A stretch of DNA of 64,000 nucleotides from Chthoniobacterales bacterium (GTDB lineage Bacteria > Verrucomicrobiota > Verrucomicrobiia > Chthoniobacterales > UBA6821). Positions 8,459-18,061 of the stretch are shown here, piece by piece (positions within the stretch are counted from its first letter, which is position 1; the number at the start of each line of letters is the position of its first letter). Both the position numbers and the translations under genes were made by a program. The DNA is taken from contig JBIIGI010000003.1 in assembly GCA_044236545.1 (NCBI GenBank), positions 7,709-71,708 on the forward strand, in the 5' to 3' direction. The notes beneath the pieces were generated by a model. The model worked only from the letters and a program-made list of their open reading frames with translations. It ran no database searches and had not been told where the DNA came from.

Positions 8459-10696
8459 ATGCCCCGCCATCTAGAGATAATCGCGGTCGCACTCACGTTA
8501 CTCGCGGTAAGCTTGAACCTCTCCGCTTCCCCTGATTACCCGACCATCGTGCGCATGACAGGCGGCATGGGCGAGTTCGATATCCAGTTGCTCGACACGA
8601 GTACACCTAAAACAACGGCAAATTTCCTCGGCTACGTGCAGCGCGGCAACTTCAACAATTCGATCATCCACCGCAGCGTGCCGGGATTCATCGTGCAGGG
8701 CGGGGGATTCAGGCTGCGGAAAAACGAGATCGCCCCGGTGCCGACTCTAGCTCCGGTGACCAACGAACCGGTTTTCTCCAATGTACGCGGTACGGTGGCC
8801 ATGGCCAAGTTGGGGGGCAATCCGCACAGTGCAACCAGTCAATGGTTCATCAATCTTTCCGATAAAAATGCCGACAATTTGGACGACCAGAACGGCGGAT
8901 TCACGGTCTTCGGTTTCGTTTTGGGCAATGGCATGGTGGTGGCGGATGAGATCGCCGCACTGCCGAGATACAACGCGACCAACGAACTCGGCGGAGCTTT
9001 CGGTGAGTTGCCGCTGCGCAACCCCTCGCTGGATGTGGACAGCTTAGTGCTTTTCTCCAACGTGCGCCGCTTGGCCGCCGGCACGCAGGTTTTTCCCTTC
9101 GACTTCACGGAGAGGGACGAAGAGTTTTCCGCGGGTTTCGCCGATCTTCCCCCCGATTACGATCCCAGCTGGTATCTGCTGCAAAGCAGTCGGACCAACC
9201 TCCCGGCCAACCTCGGCGGCAAACCAGCGCTTTTCATTTCGGGGGTCAACCGCAGCGACGATCTCTGGATGTATTGGAAACGCAAAGTGACCGGGCTTTT
9301 GCCGAACACGGTGTACGAGGCGACTTTTGACCTCGAACTGGCCAGCGCGGCGGCCGAGGGCATGGCAGGGGTCGGCGGTGCTCCGGGTGAGAGCGTTTTT
9401 CTCAAGGCTGGTGCCTCCACGGCCGAACCAATCGCTGTGATCGGTCGGGAGGGTTGGCTCCGCATGAACGTTGACAAAGGAAACCAGAAGCAACCGGGTA
9501 TCGCGGCTTCTCTGCTCGGGCATGCGGCCAAGCCGGATGACGGCGGAAACAACTACGTCATCATCAGCCGCGACAACCGATCTTCACGCCTTCGTGCCAC
9601 CACTGCGGGCGACGGGTCATTGTGGCTCTACTTTGGCTCGGATTCCGGATTCGAGGGCAAAACCAGCCTTTACTATACCAAGTTCACCGCCGTGCTGGAG
9701 CCCCTCAAAGGGCAAAATATCACCTTCATGCAGCCGGCCAGTCCTCAGGTGTATGCGCCGAACAAGACTTTTAGGGTGTCGGCGACCTCGACGTCGGGTC
9801 TGCCGGTCAGTTTCGAGAGTTCGGACACCAATGTGGCGACTATCTTGAGCAATGTGGTGACGATCAAAGGGGCTGGGGTGGTGGAGATCACTGCCAAGCA
9901 GGGTGGCAACGCGACTTTCTCGGCGGCGGCTGATGTGAAGAGGACGGTTACCATCAATAAGTCCCCGCAAACCATAGCGCCCTTTATCAAGATCCCGGCT
10001 CAGGTCTACGCGCCGGACAAGACAGTGACGGTGACGACGGTGCCTGCGGCCACGAGCAAGTTGCCGGTGGTTTTGAGCGTGAAGATCGGCCCTGCGACGG
10101 TCGTGGGCAATGTGGTGACATTGAACGGAGTCGGAACGGTGATGTTGGCTGCCAACCAGGCGGGCAATGGCAACTTCAAGGCGGCGACGGAGGTAACAAC
10201 CTCCTTTGCCGTGAACAAGCAAAACGTGGGCGCGGCGTTGGTGTTGAGCAACACCAACCACGTGTTTGACGGGACAGCCAAGGGTGTGACGGTGTCCACG
10301 ACACCGCCCAATTTGGCCACGGTGGTGACCTACGCGGGATCGACCAACCGTCAGACTAATGCCGGGACCTATGCTGTGGTGGCCACGATCAGCAATGAGA
10401 ACTATCAGGGCAGAAAGAGCGGCAGTATGGTTATTGCCAGAGCTACGCAAACAATCAGCTTTGCCGCGCCGGTGGTTCCGGTCTTTTCCAACAACGCGAC
10501 ATTCCCGCTTGTGGCCAGCAACAGTTCGGGCTTGCCGGTGAGATTTGTCAGTGCGAACCCCGCCATTGTGACTGTCTTGGGGAATGTGGCGACGATCAAA
10601 GCGGCTGGTACGGTTGTGCTGACGGCGACCAATTCTGGCAATCGCAACTATAACGCAACCGGAGCGAGGCGGACGGTAACGGTGGCCAATCAGTAG
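8459..10696 (+). CDS. Secreted cyclophilin-type peptidyl-prolyl isomerase fused to a large C-terminal region with repeated Ig-like modules
   Basis: Signal-peptide-like N-terminus and a cyclophilin core (FHRSVPGFIVQGGGF ... SQWFINL). About four ~85-aa repeats of the form QTISF..SGLPV.F.S....VAT..GNVVTI.GAG.V.., plus one MBG-like module. Confidence 0.8.
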   Translation: MPRHLEIIAVALTLLAVSLNLSASPDYPTIVRMTGGMGEFDIQLLDTSTPKTTANFLGYVQRGNFNNSIIHRSVPGFIVQGGGFRLRKNEIAPVPTLAPVTNEPVFSNVRGTVAMAKLGGNPHSATSQWFINLSDKNADNLDDQNGGFTVFGFVLGNGMVVADEIAALPRYNATNELGGAFGELPLRNPSLDVDSLVLFSNVRRLAAGTQVFPFDFTERDEEFSAGFADLPPDYDPSWYLLQSSRTNLPANLGGKPALFISGVNRSDDLWMYWKRKVTGLLPNTVYEATFDLELASAAAEGMAGVGGAPGESVFLKAGASTAEPIAVIGREGWLRMNVDKGNQKQPGIAASLLGHAAKPDDGGNNYVIISRDNRSSRLRATTAGDGSLWLYFGSDSGFEGKTSLYYTKFTAVLEPLKGQNITFMQPASPQVYAPNKTFRVSATSTSGLPVSFESSDTNVATILSNVVTIKGAGVVEITAKQGGNATFSAAADVKRTVTINKSPQTIAPFIKIPAQVYAPDKTVTVTTVPAATSKLPVVLSVKIGPATVVGNVVTLNGVGTVMLAANQAGNGNFKAATEVTTSFAVNKQNVGAALVLSNTNHVFDGTAKGVTVSTTPPNLATVVTYAGSTNRQTNAGTYAVVATISNENYQGRKSGSMVIARATQTISFAAPVVPVFSNNATFPLVASNSSGLPVRFVSANPAIVTVLGNVATIKAAGTVVLTATNSGNRNYNATGARRTVTVANQ

Positions 10697-10940
10697 ATCA
10701 TGATGCCTTGGAGTCGGTTCGGCCCCAGATCCGGTAGAATGGGTCGCAATGTCTATTTCTAACTCCTCGCAGTGTTCTCTGGTGCTCAGCAGATACTGCA
10801 CAGTCGCATGGACTGCTGACAGCCCTGACTACCTTTCGGCTAACTTTCCCCCTTTGTTTGTGAGCCTGGGTGATGCCTCGGCGGGCAACGTGATTTATTC
10901 GTTCTCATCCGAAGGCAGCATCAGCGGAGACAGTCGCTGA

Positions 10941-11171
10941 GTAAGTATCACTTCGAGTAAGAGCCTCAAAAAGGAGCTTCAGCCGTCCGAGCGTGTGCGG
11001 ATGCTGCTGAGTTGGTGGAACTCGGGATTCAATATCCATAGCAGTCGCCGGATCGCTCTTTCGAGCCGAGAAGATCTCGAGTGCCTCATCCGCAACCCCT
11101 TCTCGGAGGTGAAAATGCACCCCAATGATAAGGTGGAATCGACGACCGGCTGGTTTTATGTTCCGTATTGA
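10941..11171 (+). pseudogene. Possible IS91-family (Y2) transposase C-terminal remnant
   Basis: Stop-bounded 76-codon frame without a usable start. It reads ...RVRMLLSWWNSGFNIHSSRRIALSSREDLECLIRNPFS..., resembling the LLSWxHSGFxVH...L..L.RY..RPP block of IS91/IS801 transposases. Confidence 0.3.
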
Positions 11172-11233
11172 TTCCCTGATGCTTTAGCAGGCAAGCAATT
11201 CATGATTCCCAGATTTCTTAACTTTCGGATCCG

Positions 11234-14149
11234 ATGACCGACGCTCAGGTCATCCGGATCAAGGGGGCGCGGCAGCACAACCTGCGCAACCTCGACGTTG
11301 AGATCCCGCGCAACAAGCTCGTGGTCATCACCGGGCCGAGCGGTTCGGGGAAGTCCTCGCTTGCCTTCGATACGCTCTTCGCCGAGGGGCAGCGTCGCTA
11401 TGTCGAAAGTCTCTCGGCATACGCACGGCAGTTTCTCGACCAGATGCAGAAGCCCGATGTGGATCACATCGAGGGACTCTCTCCCGCCATCGCCATCGAG
11501 CAGAGGATCGCCCCGCCGAATCCCCGCTCGACGATCGCCACGACGACCGAGATCTACGATTACCTCCGTGTCCTCTACTCCTCGGTCGGGGTGCCCCATG
11601 ATCCGAAGACGGGAGCCGCGGTGCGCCGCCAGTCGCCCCAGCAGATCGCGACCGAGATCCTTTCCTGGCCCGAAGGAACCCGCATGATGCTGCTGGCTCC
11701 GCTTGTCAGGAACGAGGCAGGTGAGTTCCGCGATGTCATCGATCGCGCCCGACGCGAGGGATTTGTGCGACTGAGGATCGATGGCGAGATCATCGATCTG
11801 GGGCGCCCGGAGCCGATCAAACTTCTCAAGACCAAGAAGCACACCATCGAGGCCGTGGTGGATCGTCTGGCACTTCGTCCCGAGGGCGAAGGGGAGGGAA
11901 TCCGTCAACGCCTTCTCGATTCGCTCGAGACCTCGCTGCGCTGGGGAAACAACATGATCACCGTTCTGCATCAGGCACCCGGTGCGGCACCCGACGCTTG
12001 GGTGGAGAGGCCCTTCTCCACCGATTTCTGCAATCCGGAGACCGGATTCACAATGCCTCGTCTGACTCCCCGGCACTTTTCCTTCAACAGCCATCTCGGC
12101 GCCTGTCCAGCCTGTCAGGGAATCGGCACGGAGCCGTTCTGTGATCCGGGCCTGCTCGTGGATCCCGAGATGACGCTCTCGAAGGGGGCGATCAGGCCGT
12201 GGCGGACTCCCGACAAGCGGATGGGGCAATACTATCAACTCGTTCTCGAAGCCCTCTGTGAGCAGACGGGAGCCGGTATCGATGTTCCTTTCCGCGACCT
12301 TCCCGAGGCATTCAAGCAGAAGCTTTTCCACGGAACCGGCGTGGAGTCGCTGGAGCTCGGCGGGACAAAAGGAAAAGGGGGGAGGGCGCCGCAGATCAGG
12401 CCGTTCGTGGGACTGGTGGCCATGGTGGAGAGGCAGATGGAGACCTCGGCCAGCGAGTTGAAGAAGAACCGTCTGAAGGCCTACTTCGCGCGGAAGGCCT
12501 GCGCGACCTGCGGCGGGGCGCGCCTGCGTCCCGAGATCCTCGGGGTGACGCTTGAGAGCTTTGTTGGGCCGGACAAGAGGGAATGGAATATCGAGGAGTT
12601 CTGTGCGCTTCCCGCCTCCCGCGCCTGCGAGGTGCTGGCGGGGTTGCAACTCTCGGCTGCGGATCGCAAGGTGACGATGGATCTCCTGCGGGAGATCGGC
12701 GCCAGGCTGGGGTTTCTGGTCGAGGTGGGGCTCGGCTATCTCACCCTCAACCGTGAAAGCGGGACGCTCTCCGGCGGCGAGGCGCAGCGCATCCGGCTTG
12801 CCACGCAGATCGGCTCCGGATTGGCAGGGGTGCTCTACGTGCTTGATGAACCGAGCATCGGCCTCCATCAGCGCGACAATGACCGCCTGCTGGGGACTCT
12901 CCGCGGACTCCGCGATCTCGGGAACTCGGTGGTCGTCGTCGAGCATGACGAGGAGACGATCCTGGCGGCCGACCATGTGCTCGACATGGGGCCCGGTGCG
13001 GGGCCGAGGGGTGGGGAGATCGTGGCGACCGGCACACCTGCCGAGATCCTGGCCAATCCTGCCAGCCTGACCGGGCAATTCCTCTCCGGCACGGCGAAGA
13101 TCTCGGTGCCCAGGATCCGTCATCGCCCCCCGGTGAAGGCCGCGCCGGGGCCGGGATGGCTCACCGTGACCGATGCCTCCGAGAACAATCTGAAGAACCT
13201 GACAGTCGGATTTCCCGTCGGTCTCTTCACGGTGGTGACGGGGGTTTCCGGAAGCGGGAAATCAACGCTGGTGAACGACATTCTTCACCGATCGCTTGCG
13301 CGCCAGTTCTACGGGGCGAAGGAGGCGCCGGGCGCCCATGGCCGCATTCTCGGGACAGAGGCCTTCGACAAGGTGGTGGTCATCGACCAGAGTCCGATCG
13401 GCCGCACGCCCCGCTCCAATCCCGCCACCTACTCCGGTGTCTTCGGACCGATCCGCGATCTCTTCAGCGGACTCCCCGCCGCCAAGGTGCGCGGATATGC
13501 CCCGGCCCGTTTCTCCTGCAACGTGAAAGGGGGGCGCTGTGAGCAGTGCGAGGGCGACGGGATGATCCGGATCGAGATGCACTTCCTCGCCGATGTCTTC
13601 GTGGAGTGCGAACTCTGCCGCGGGCGCCGATTCAATCGGGAGACCCTCGAGATCTCCTACAGGGGGAAGAACATCGCCGATGTGCTGGAGCTTTCGATCG
13701 ACGAGGCGGCGGGATTCTTCCGCTCCATCCCCGCCATCCACGGAAAGCTGGAGGTCCTGCAGGAGGTCGGTCTTGGCTACCTGAAGCTCGGCCAGTCGGC
13801 CACGACACTCTCCGGTGGGGAGGCCCAGCGCCTCAAACTCGCCTCCGAACTCTCCAAAAAAGCGACCGGCAGGACGCTCTACCTGCTCGACGAACCGACG
13901 ACGGGGCTTCATTTTGCCGACATTCAGAAACTGCTGGAAGTGCTCCTGAGGTTGCGCGACGGCGGAAATACCCTCATCGTCATCGAACACAATCTCGAAG
14001 TCATCAAATGCGCGGACTGGATCATCGACATGGGCCCGGAGGGAGGGGAAGGGGGCGGACAACTCGTGACATGCGGAACGCCCGACGAGGTGGCGGAGCA
14101 TTCCTCAAGCTATACGGGTCACTGGCTGGGGCGTGCCTTGCGGCGCTGA
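11234..14149 (+). CDS. uvrA: Excinuclease ABC subunit A
   Basis: 971 aa. Two ABC modules ([23 protein letters not shown]), LSGGEAQR signatures and CxxC zinc modules. Confidence 0.95.
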   Translation: MTDAQVIRIKGARQHNLRNLDVEIPRNKLVVITGPSGSGKSSLAFDTLFAEGQRRYVESLSAYARQFLDQMQKPDVDHIEGLSPAIAIEQRIAPPNPRSTIATTTEIYDYLRVLYSSVGVPHDPKTGAAVRRQSPQQIATEILSWPEGTRMMLLAPLVRNEAGEFRDVIDRARREGFVRLRIDGEIIDLGRPEPIKLLKTKKHTIEAVVDRLALRPEGEGEGIRQRLLDSLETSLRWGNNMITVLHQAPGAAPDAWVERPFSTDFCNPETGFTMPRLTPRHFSFNSHLGACPACQGIGTEPFCDPGLLVDPEMTLSKGAIRPWRTPDKRMGQYYQLVLEALCEQTGAGIDVPFRDLPEAFKQKLFHGTGVESLELGGTKGKGGRAPQIRPFVGLVAMVERQMETSASELKKNRLKAYFARKACATCGGARLRPEILGVTLESFVGPDKREWNIEEFCALPASRACEVLAGLQLSAADRKVTMDLLREIGARLGFLVEVGLGYLTLNRESGTLSGGEAQRIRLATQIGSGLAGVLYVLDEPSIGLHQRDNDRLLGTLRGLRDLGNSVVVVEHDEETILAADHVLDMGPGAGPRGGEIVATGTPAEILANPASLTGQFLSGTAKISVPRIRHRPPVKAAPGPGWLTVTDASENNLKNLTVGFPVGLFTVVTGVSGSGKSTLVNDILHRSLARQFYGAKEAPGAHGRILGTEAFDKVVVIDQSPIGRTPRSNPATYSGVFGPIRDLFSGLPAAKVRGYAPARFSCNVKGGRCEQCEGDGMIRIEMHFLADVFVECELCRGRRFNRETLEISYRGKNIADVLELSIDEAAGFFRSIPAIHGKLEVLQEVGLGYLKLGQSATTLSGGEAQRLKLASELSKKATGRTLYLLDEPTTGLHFADIQKLLEVLLRLRDGGNTLIVIEHNLEVIKCADWIIDMGPEGGEGGGQLVTCGTPDEVAEHSSSYTGHWLGRALRR

Positions 14150-16578
14150 CCCTCTGCTTGGGATCTCTCTTCGGTGAGGAGCCGACCAATGTTCCGGTTG
14201 ATCCGGCCCGGGAGACCGACCTTGCCACAACGGCATCCTCGGAGCGCCTTCCGCAGGTTTCTGCCGCGGTGCTGCGCACCAGGATCCAGCAGGAACAGGA
14301 TCCCGCGCGCAGGTTGGATCTGACCCGGCGACTGGTCGCCCTGCTGGTCTCCGGCGGTCGCTTTGACGAGGCCGTGGCCGTGGCCACGACGGCGGATGCA
14401 ACAAAAGACCCCCTCCTTGCTTACTTCAAGGGCGTGGCTCTGCTCGGTACCGGGGAGAACCTCCCGGCACGCGATCTTTTCACCTCCCTCCTCGAATCGA
14501 AGGTCACGGTGCCAGGCATCCGATCCGACCAGATCGAGCTCGGATTGGCCCGGGCCCTGCGCGGGGGAAATGATCCGGCGGCGGCCCTTGAGGCGTTGGC
14601 TCGGATCACTCCCGACTCACCCGTGGCCGAGGATGCCATCCTGGAGAGGGGGGCTGATCTTCTGGCATTGGGGAGGACCGGGGAGAGCCTCGACCTGATC
14701 CGTAACTTTTCCCCCGGCACCGACGAGGGAAAGGCCGCCGCCGCTTACCTGAAGGCGCTCGCGTTATGGCGTTCGGGAAATATCGCCGATGCCAGGAAGC
14801 TTTTTGCGGTGGTTCCCCCGGCCACTCCCTGGACAACCTCGGCCTCCACACTCGGGACGGCTCTCTGTCTCTCCGCCTCGGCAAGGCATCAGCAGGGGAT
14901 CGATTTGCTGGAGAAGCGACTCGAGTCCGCGGATGAGACGCCGCTTCTTGAGGAACAGTTCCGATTGCTCGACCACCTCTACACGGCGGCGGCCACACCC
15001 GATACCAACCTGTTGAAAAAATGGTCGGGGGATACAACGAAGCCGATCCGTGGGCGTCTTGCCTCCTTCTATCAGGCAACGGGGGAATTGCGGCTTCGTC
15101 ATCACGACAAGGCCGACTCATTGCTGGAGGCCTTCATCAAGTCCCATCCCGACGATCCTCTTTCGGATCAGGCAAGACTCCTGCTTGCCTCTTCGAAGCT
15201 TCAGCAGGGAAAGGCGTCGGAGGTCATGACATCTGCAGCCGATCGCCCCTCGGCCCCAGCGCCACTGCGCGCGCGGCTTGCCTATCTCAGGGGGCTTGCA
15301 GCGGCTTCCGCCGGAAGGACCGTTGAGGCGAAGGAGGCCTTCGAGTCCGCCGGAGTCCTCGATCCCTCCCTGGGTGCAGACGCCCTCTTCAACAGGACTG
15401 TGCTGATCGCCAAAGCGGATAGGGGTTCGCTCGACCTCTCGGAGGAGGCCCGCAGGATCGTGAAACTCCGGGACGGTGTCACTTCCCCGGAAATGGAGTT
15501 CCAGATCGCGCTTGATCTGGCGCGACGGGGGCAGGCATCCGGTCTCTCCATGCTGCAAACACTGGCTGAGAACACCTCGGATCCCTCGCTCAAGGGGCGC
15601 GCCCGGCTTGCCGCGGCGGAACTGAACATGAGGTCTGGCAGGGGGGACGCGGCCAACCGCGACCTGGCCAAGGCCGTGAGGGAGAATTCCGGTGAACCGG
15701 AGCGGGAGGAATACCTCGATGTTTTTCTCAAGGATACTGGAAGGAAATCCGACGATGCCGCCGTCATCACCGCGGCGCATGCATTCCTCAAGGCGCATCC
15801 CGATTCCCGCTTCGGACTCGAGGTCCGGCTGAAATTGGCAGAGGCCCTCCTCTCTTCGGGGGATGTGCAGGGTGCGCGGATCGAGTTCGAGCAGCTCGCC
15901 TTTTCGGGATCAGGAACCGATCTCGGTCGCCGCGCCCTCTTCCTCGCCGCTCAGTCGGCCGCGAGGGCGATGGATCCAGCCTCGATCGACGATTCCCTGA
16001 TGCTCCTTGAACGGGTCGCATCCACCGGGGGCGGCGACCAACTGGTCTGGCAGGCGAGGCTCCAGCAGGGTGCGCTGAAAAACGCCCAGAATCTGCCGCT
16101 TGAGGCCCTGGCCATCTACGACAGGATCATCGCCTCCAGTGATCCCGATCCCGAACTCCGCGCCGCCGCGCTGATGGCCAAGGCCGACACGCTCCACCAA
16201 CTGGCGGGCAGGGATCCGGCCCGAGACCGGGAGGCACTGCAGGTATGGGGCCAGATCTCCACCGAGGGCACGATGCCGTTGCGTTGGCGCAATCAGGCCC
16301 TCTGCAAGAGCGGCATGGTCCTGGAGAAGCTCGGGGAGGGGGATGCGGCGCTGGCGGCCTACTACGAGGCCTTCAAAAATCCCCGGACAACCGATCCCGA
16401 GCAGCAGTGGCATGACAAGGCCGCCTTCGACGCCGCCCGCCTTCTGGAGGCTAGAAAGCAGTGGAATGATGCCGTCGCCCTGTATGGCCAGATCATTTCA
16501 GAGGGGGGTCCGAGGGCCGATGAGGCCAAGGCGCGGCTCTCCAAGCTGAAATTGGAAAACTTTCTCTGGGAAAATTGA
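14071..16578 (+). CDS. Secreted or membrane-anchored TPR-repeat protein
   Basis: The track ORF 13546-16578 overlaps uvrA out of frame. The first plausible start is ATG 14071, followed by a hydrophobic signal-like segment [18 protein letters not shown]. The rest is Ala/Leu-rich with TPR-like periodicity. Confidence 0.7.
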   Translation: MRNARRGGGAFLKLYGSLAGACLAALTLCLGSLFGEEPTNVPVDPARETDLATTASSERLPQVSAAVLRTRIQQEQDPARRLDLTRRLVALLVSGGRFDEAVAVATTADATKDPLLAYFKGVALLGTGENLPARDLFTSLLESKVTVPGIRSDQIELGLARALRGGNDPAAALEALARITPDSPVAEDAILERGADLLALGRTGESLDLIRNFSPGTDEGKAAAAYLKALALWRSGNIADARKLFAVVPPATPWTTSASTLGTALCLSASARHQQGIDLLEKRLESADETPLLEEQFRLLDHLYTAAATPDTNLLKKWSGDTTKPIRGRLASFYQATGELRLRHHDKADSLLEAFIKSHPDDPLSDQARLLLASSKLQQGKASEVMTSAADRPSAPAPLRARLAYLRGLAAASAGRTVEAKEAFESAGVLDPSLGADALFNRTVLIAKADRGSLDLSEEARRIVKLRDGVTSPEMEFQIALDLARRGQASGLSMLQTLAENTSDPSLKGRARLAAAELNMRSGRGDAANRDLAKAVRENSGEPEREEYLDVFLKDTGRKSDDAAVITAAHAFLKAHPDSRFGLEVRLKLAEALLSSGDVQGARIEFEQLAFSGSGTDLGRRALFLAAQSAARAMDPASIDDSLMLLERVASTGGGDQLVWQARLQQGALKNAQNLPLEALAIYDRIIASSDPDPELRAAALMAKADTLHQLAGRDPARDREALQVWGQISTEGTMPLRWRNQALCKSGMVLEKLGEGDAALAAYYEAFKNPRTTDPEQQWHDKAAFDAARLLEARKQWNDAVALYGQIISEGGPRADEAKARLSKLKLENFLWEN

Positions 16579-16604
16579 CGGGTTAGGGCAAAATCCATCC
16601 CTTC

Positions 16605-17678
16605 ATGAGCTCACACATCAAACTCTTCAGCCCGGGACCCGTCGAGGTCTCCGAGAAAACTTTCCAAGCCTTCCGCAAGCCGATGATCGGCCACCGGGGC
16701 AACGATTTCAAAAAACTCTACGCCTCGGTCCAGCCCGGTCTCCAGCAGCTCTTCAAGACCGAGCGCCCCGTCTTCATCTCCACCTCCTCCGCTTGGGGCG
16801 TGATGGAGGGGGCCCTCCGCAACATCGTGAAGGGAAAGGTTCTTAACTGCATGACCGGCGCCTTCTCCGACAAGTGGAACGATGTCGCCAAGCGCTGCGG
16901 CTACGAGGCCGACAAGCTTCAGGTCGACTGGGGCAACCCGATCACCCCCGAGCTCCTGAGGGAGCGTCTCTCCAAGGGTGACATCGACGTGGTGACCCTC
17001 ATCCACAACGAGACCTCCACCGGGTGCATGAACCCGATCAAGGAACTCACCGACGTCCTCAAGCAGTTCCCCGAGGTCCTTCTTGTCGTCGACACGGTCT
17101 CCTCCTTCTCCGTGCTCCCCGTCCCGATGGACGAACTTGGCATCGACGTCATGCTCACCGGCAGCCAGAAGGCGCTCGCCCTGCCTCCCGGCATGGCTCT
17201 CTTCTCCGTCTCCGAGAAGGCGATGAAGCGCGCCTCCGAGGTCAAGGGCCGCGGATACTACTTCGACTTCATCGAGTTCCAGAAGAACCACGAGGGAGAC
17301 ATGACACCGAGCACCCCGGTCATCTCGCACATCTACGCGCTTCAGTCGAAGCTCGAGGACATCGCCGCCGAGGGGCTGGAGAACCGCTACGCCCGCCACG
17401 CGGCCACCAACAAGCTCGTTGCCGACTGGGTCAAGGCCCGCGGCTGGGAGTTCTTCGCTCCCGAGGGATACCGCTCGCTCGGTCTCACCTGCGTGAAGAA
17501 CAACAAGGGCGCCGACATCGCCGCCTGGATCGGCCGCCTCAAGGCCAAGCACTCCTGCATCATCGACGGGGGCTACGGAAAGATCAAAGGCGAGACCTTC
17601 CGCATCTCGAACATGGGTGACGAGACCGTGGAGACCATCTCCCAGCTACTCACCTGGCTCGACGACACCGCCGAGTAA
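16605..17678 (+). CDS. Class V aminotransferase (serine/alanine-glyoxylate or phosphoserine aminotransferase-like)
   Basis: 357 aa. PLP-lysine context TGSQKALALPPG and overall class V layout. Confidence 0.85.
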   Translation: MSSHIKLFSPGPVEVSEKTFQAFRKPMIGHRGNDFKKLYASVQPGLQQLFKTERPVFISTSSAWGVMEGALRNIVKGKVLNCMTGAFSDKWNDVAKRCGYEADKLQVDWGNPITPELLRERLSKGDIDVVTLIHNETSTGCMNPIKELTDVLKQFPEVLLVVDTVSSFSVLPVPMDELGIDVMLTGSQKALALPPGMALFSVSEKAMKRASEVKGRGYYFDFIEFQKNHEGDMTPSTPVISHIYALQSKLEDIAAEGLENRYARHAATNKLVADWVKARGWEFFAPEGYRSLGLTCVKNNKGADIAAWIGRLKAKHSCIIDGGYGKIKGETFRISNMGDETVETISQLLTWLDDTAE

Positions 17679-17780
17679 GGCTTGGGATTTTTGCGCCGCG
17701 CAGCGTTGCTGTTCGCTTGCCGTAGGTTTACTACGGCATTCGCTCACGACGCCTCGCGCGGCATCAAAACTTCCGGCGCC
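17678..17780. repeat. ~100-bp hairpin-forming extragenic repeat, copy A
   Basis: Starts at the aminotransferase stop codon. It aligns along its whole length with 53354-53453. Internal arms gccgcgc...gccgtag / ctacggc...gcgcggc. Confidence 0.6.
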
Positions 17781-18061
17781 TTATACCATCTCCACTCTTA
17801 TTCCCGTGAAATCAGCTGGTTCTTTCGGCGATGGGCGTTGTTGTTATCCCTCGGGTTATCTTCAGATAGCCCTGGGTCTTCCGCCTAGCCCATCACCAAA
17901 ATCCCTTCGCTAATTCCACCAGACTAATCATGGAAATGGTATTACAGGCTGTACTTCAGCTTCAGTCTATCCACCTTTTCTTCTAGATCGGATTCATAAA
18001 CCTGCGCTCGCTGATTCCCTTCAGCCTTCAGTCTTCAGCCTAAACCCCTTCCGTCCCCACC

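Noticed and set aside
13546-14070. N-terminal 175 codons of the 1010-aa track ORF
   Set aside because: This part overlaps uvrA in another frame and translates to Arg/Pro-rich nonsense. The TPR protein most plausibly starts at ATG 14071, just before its signal-like segment.
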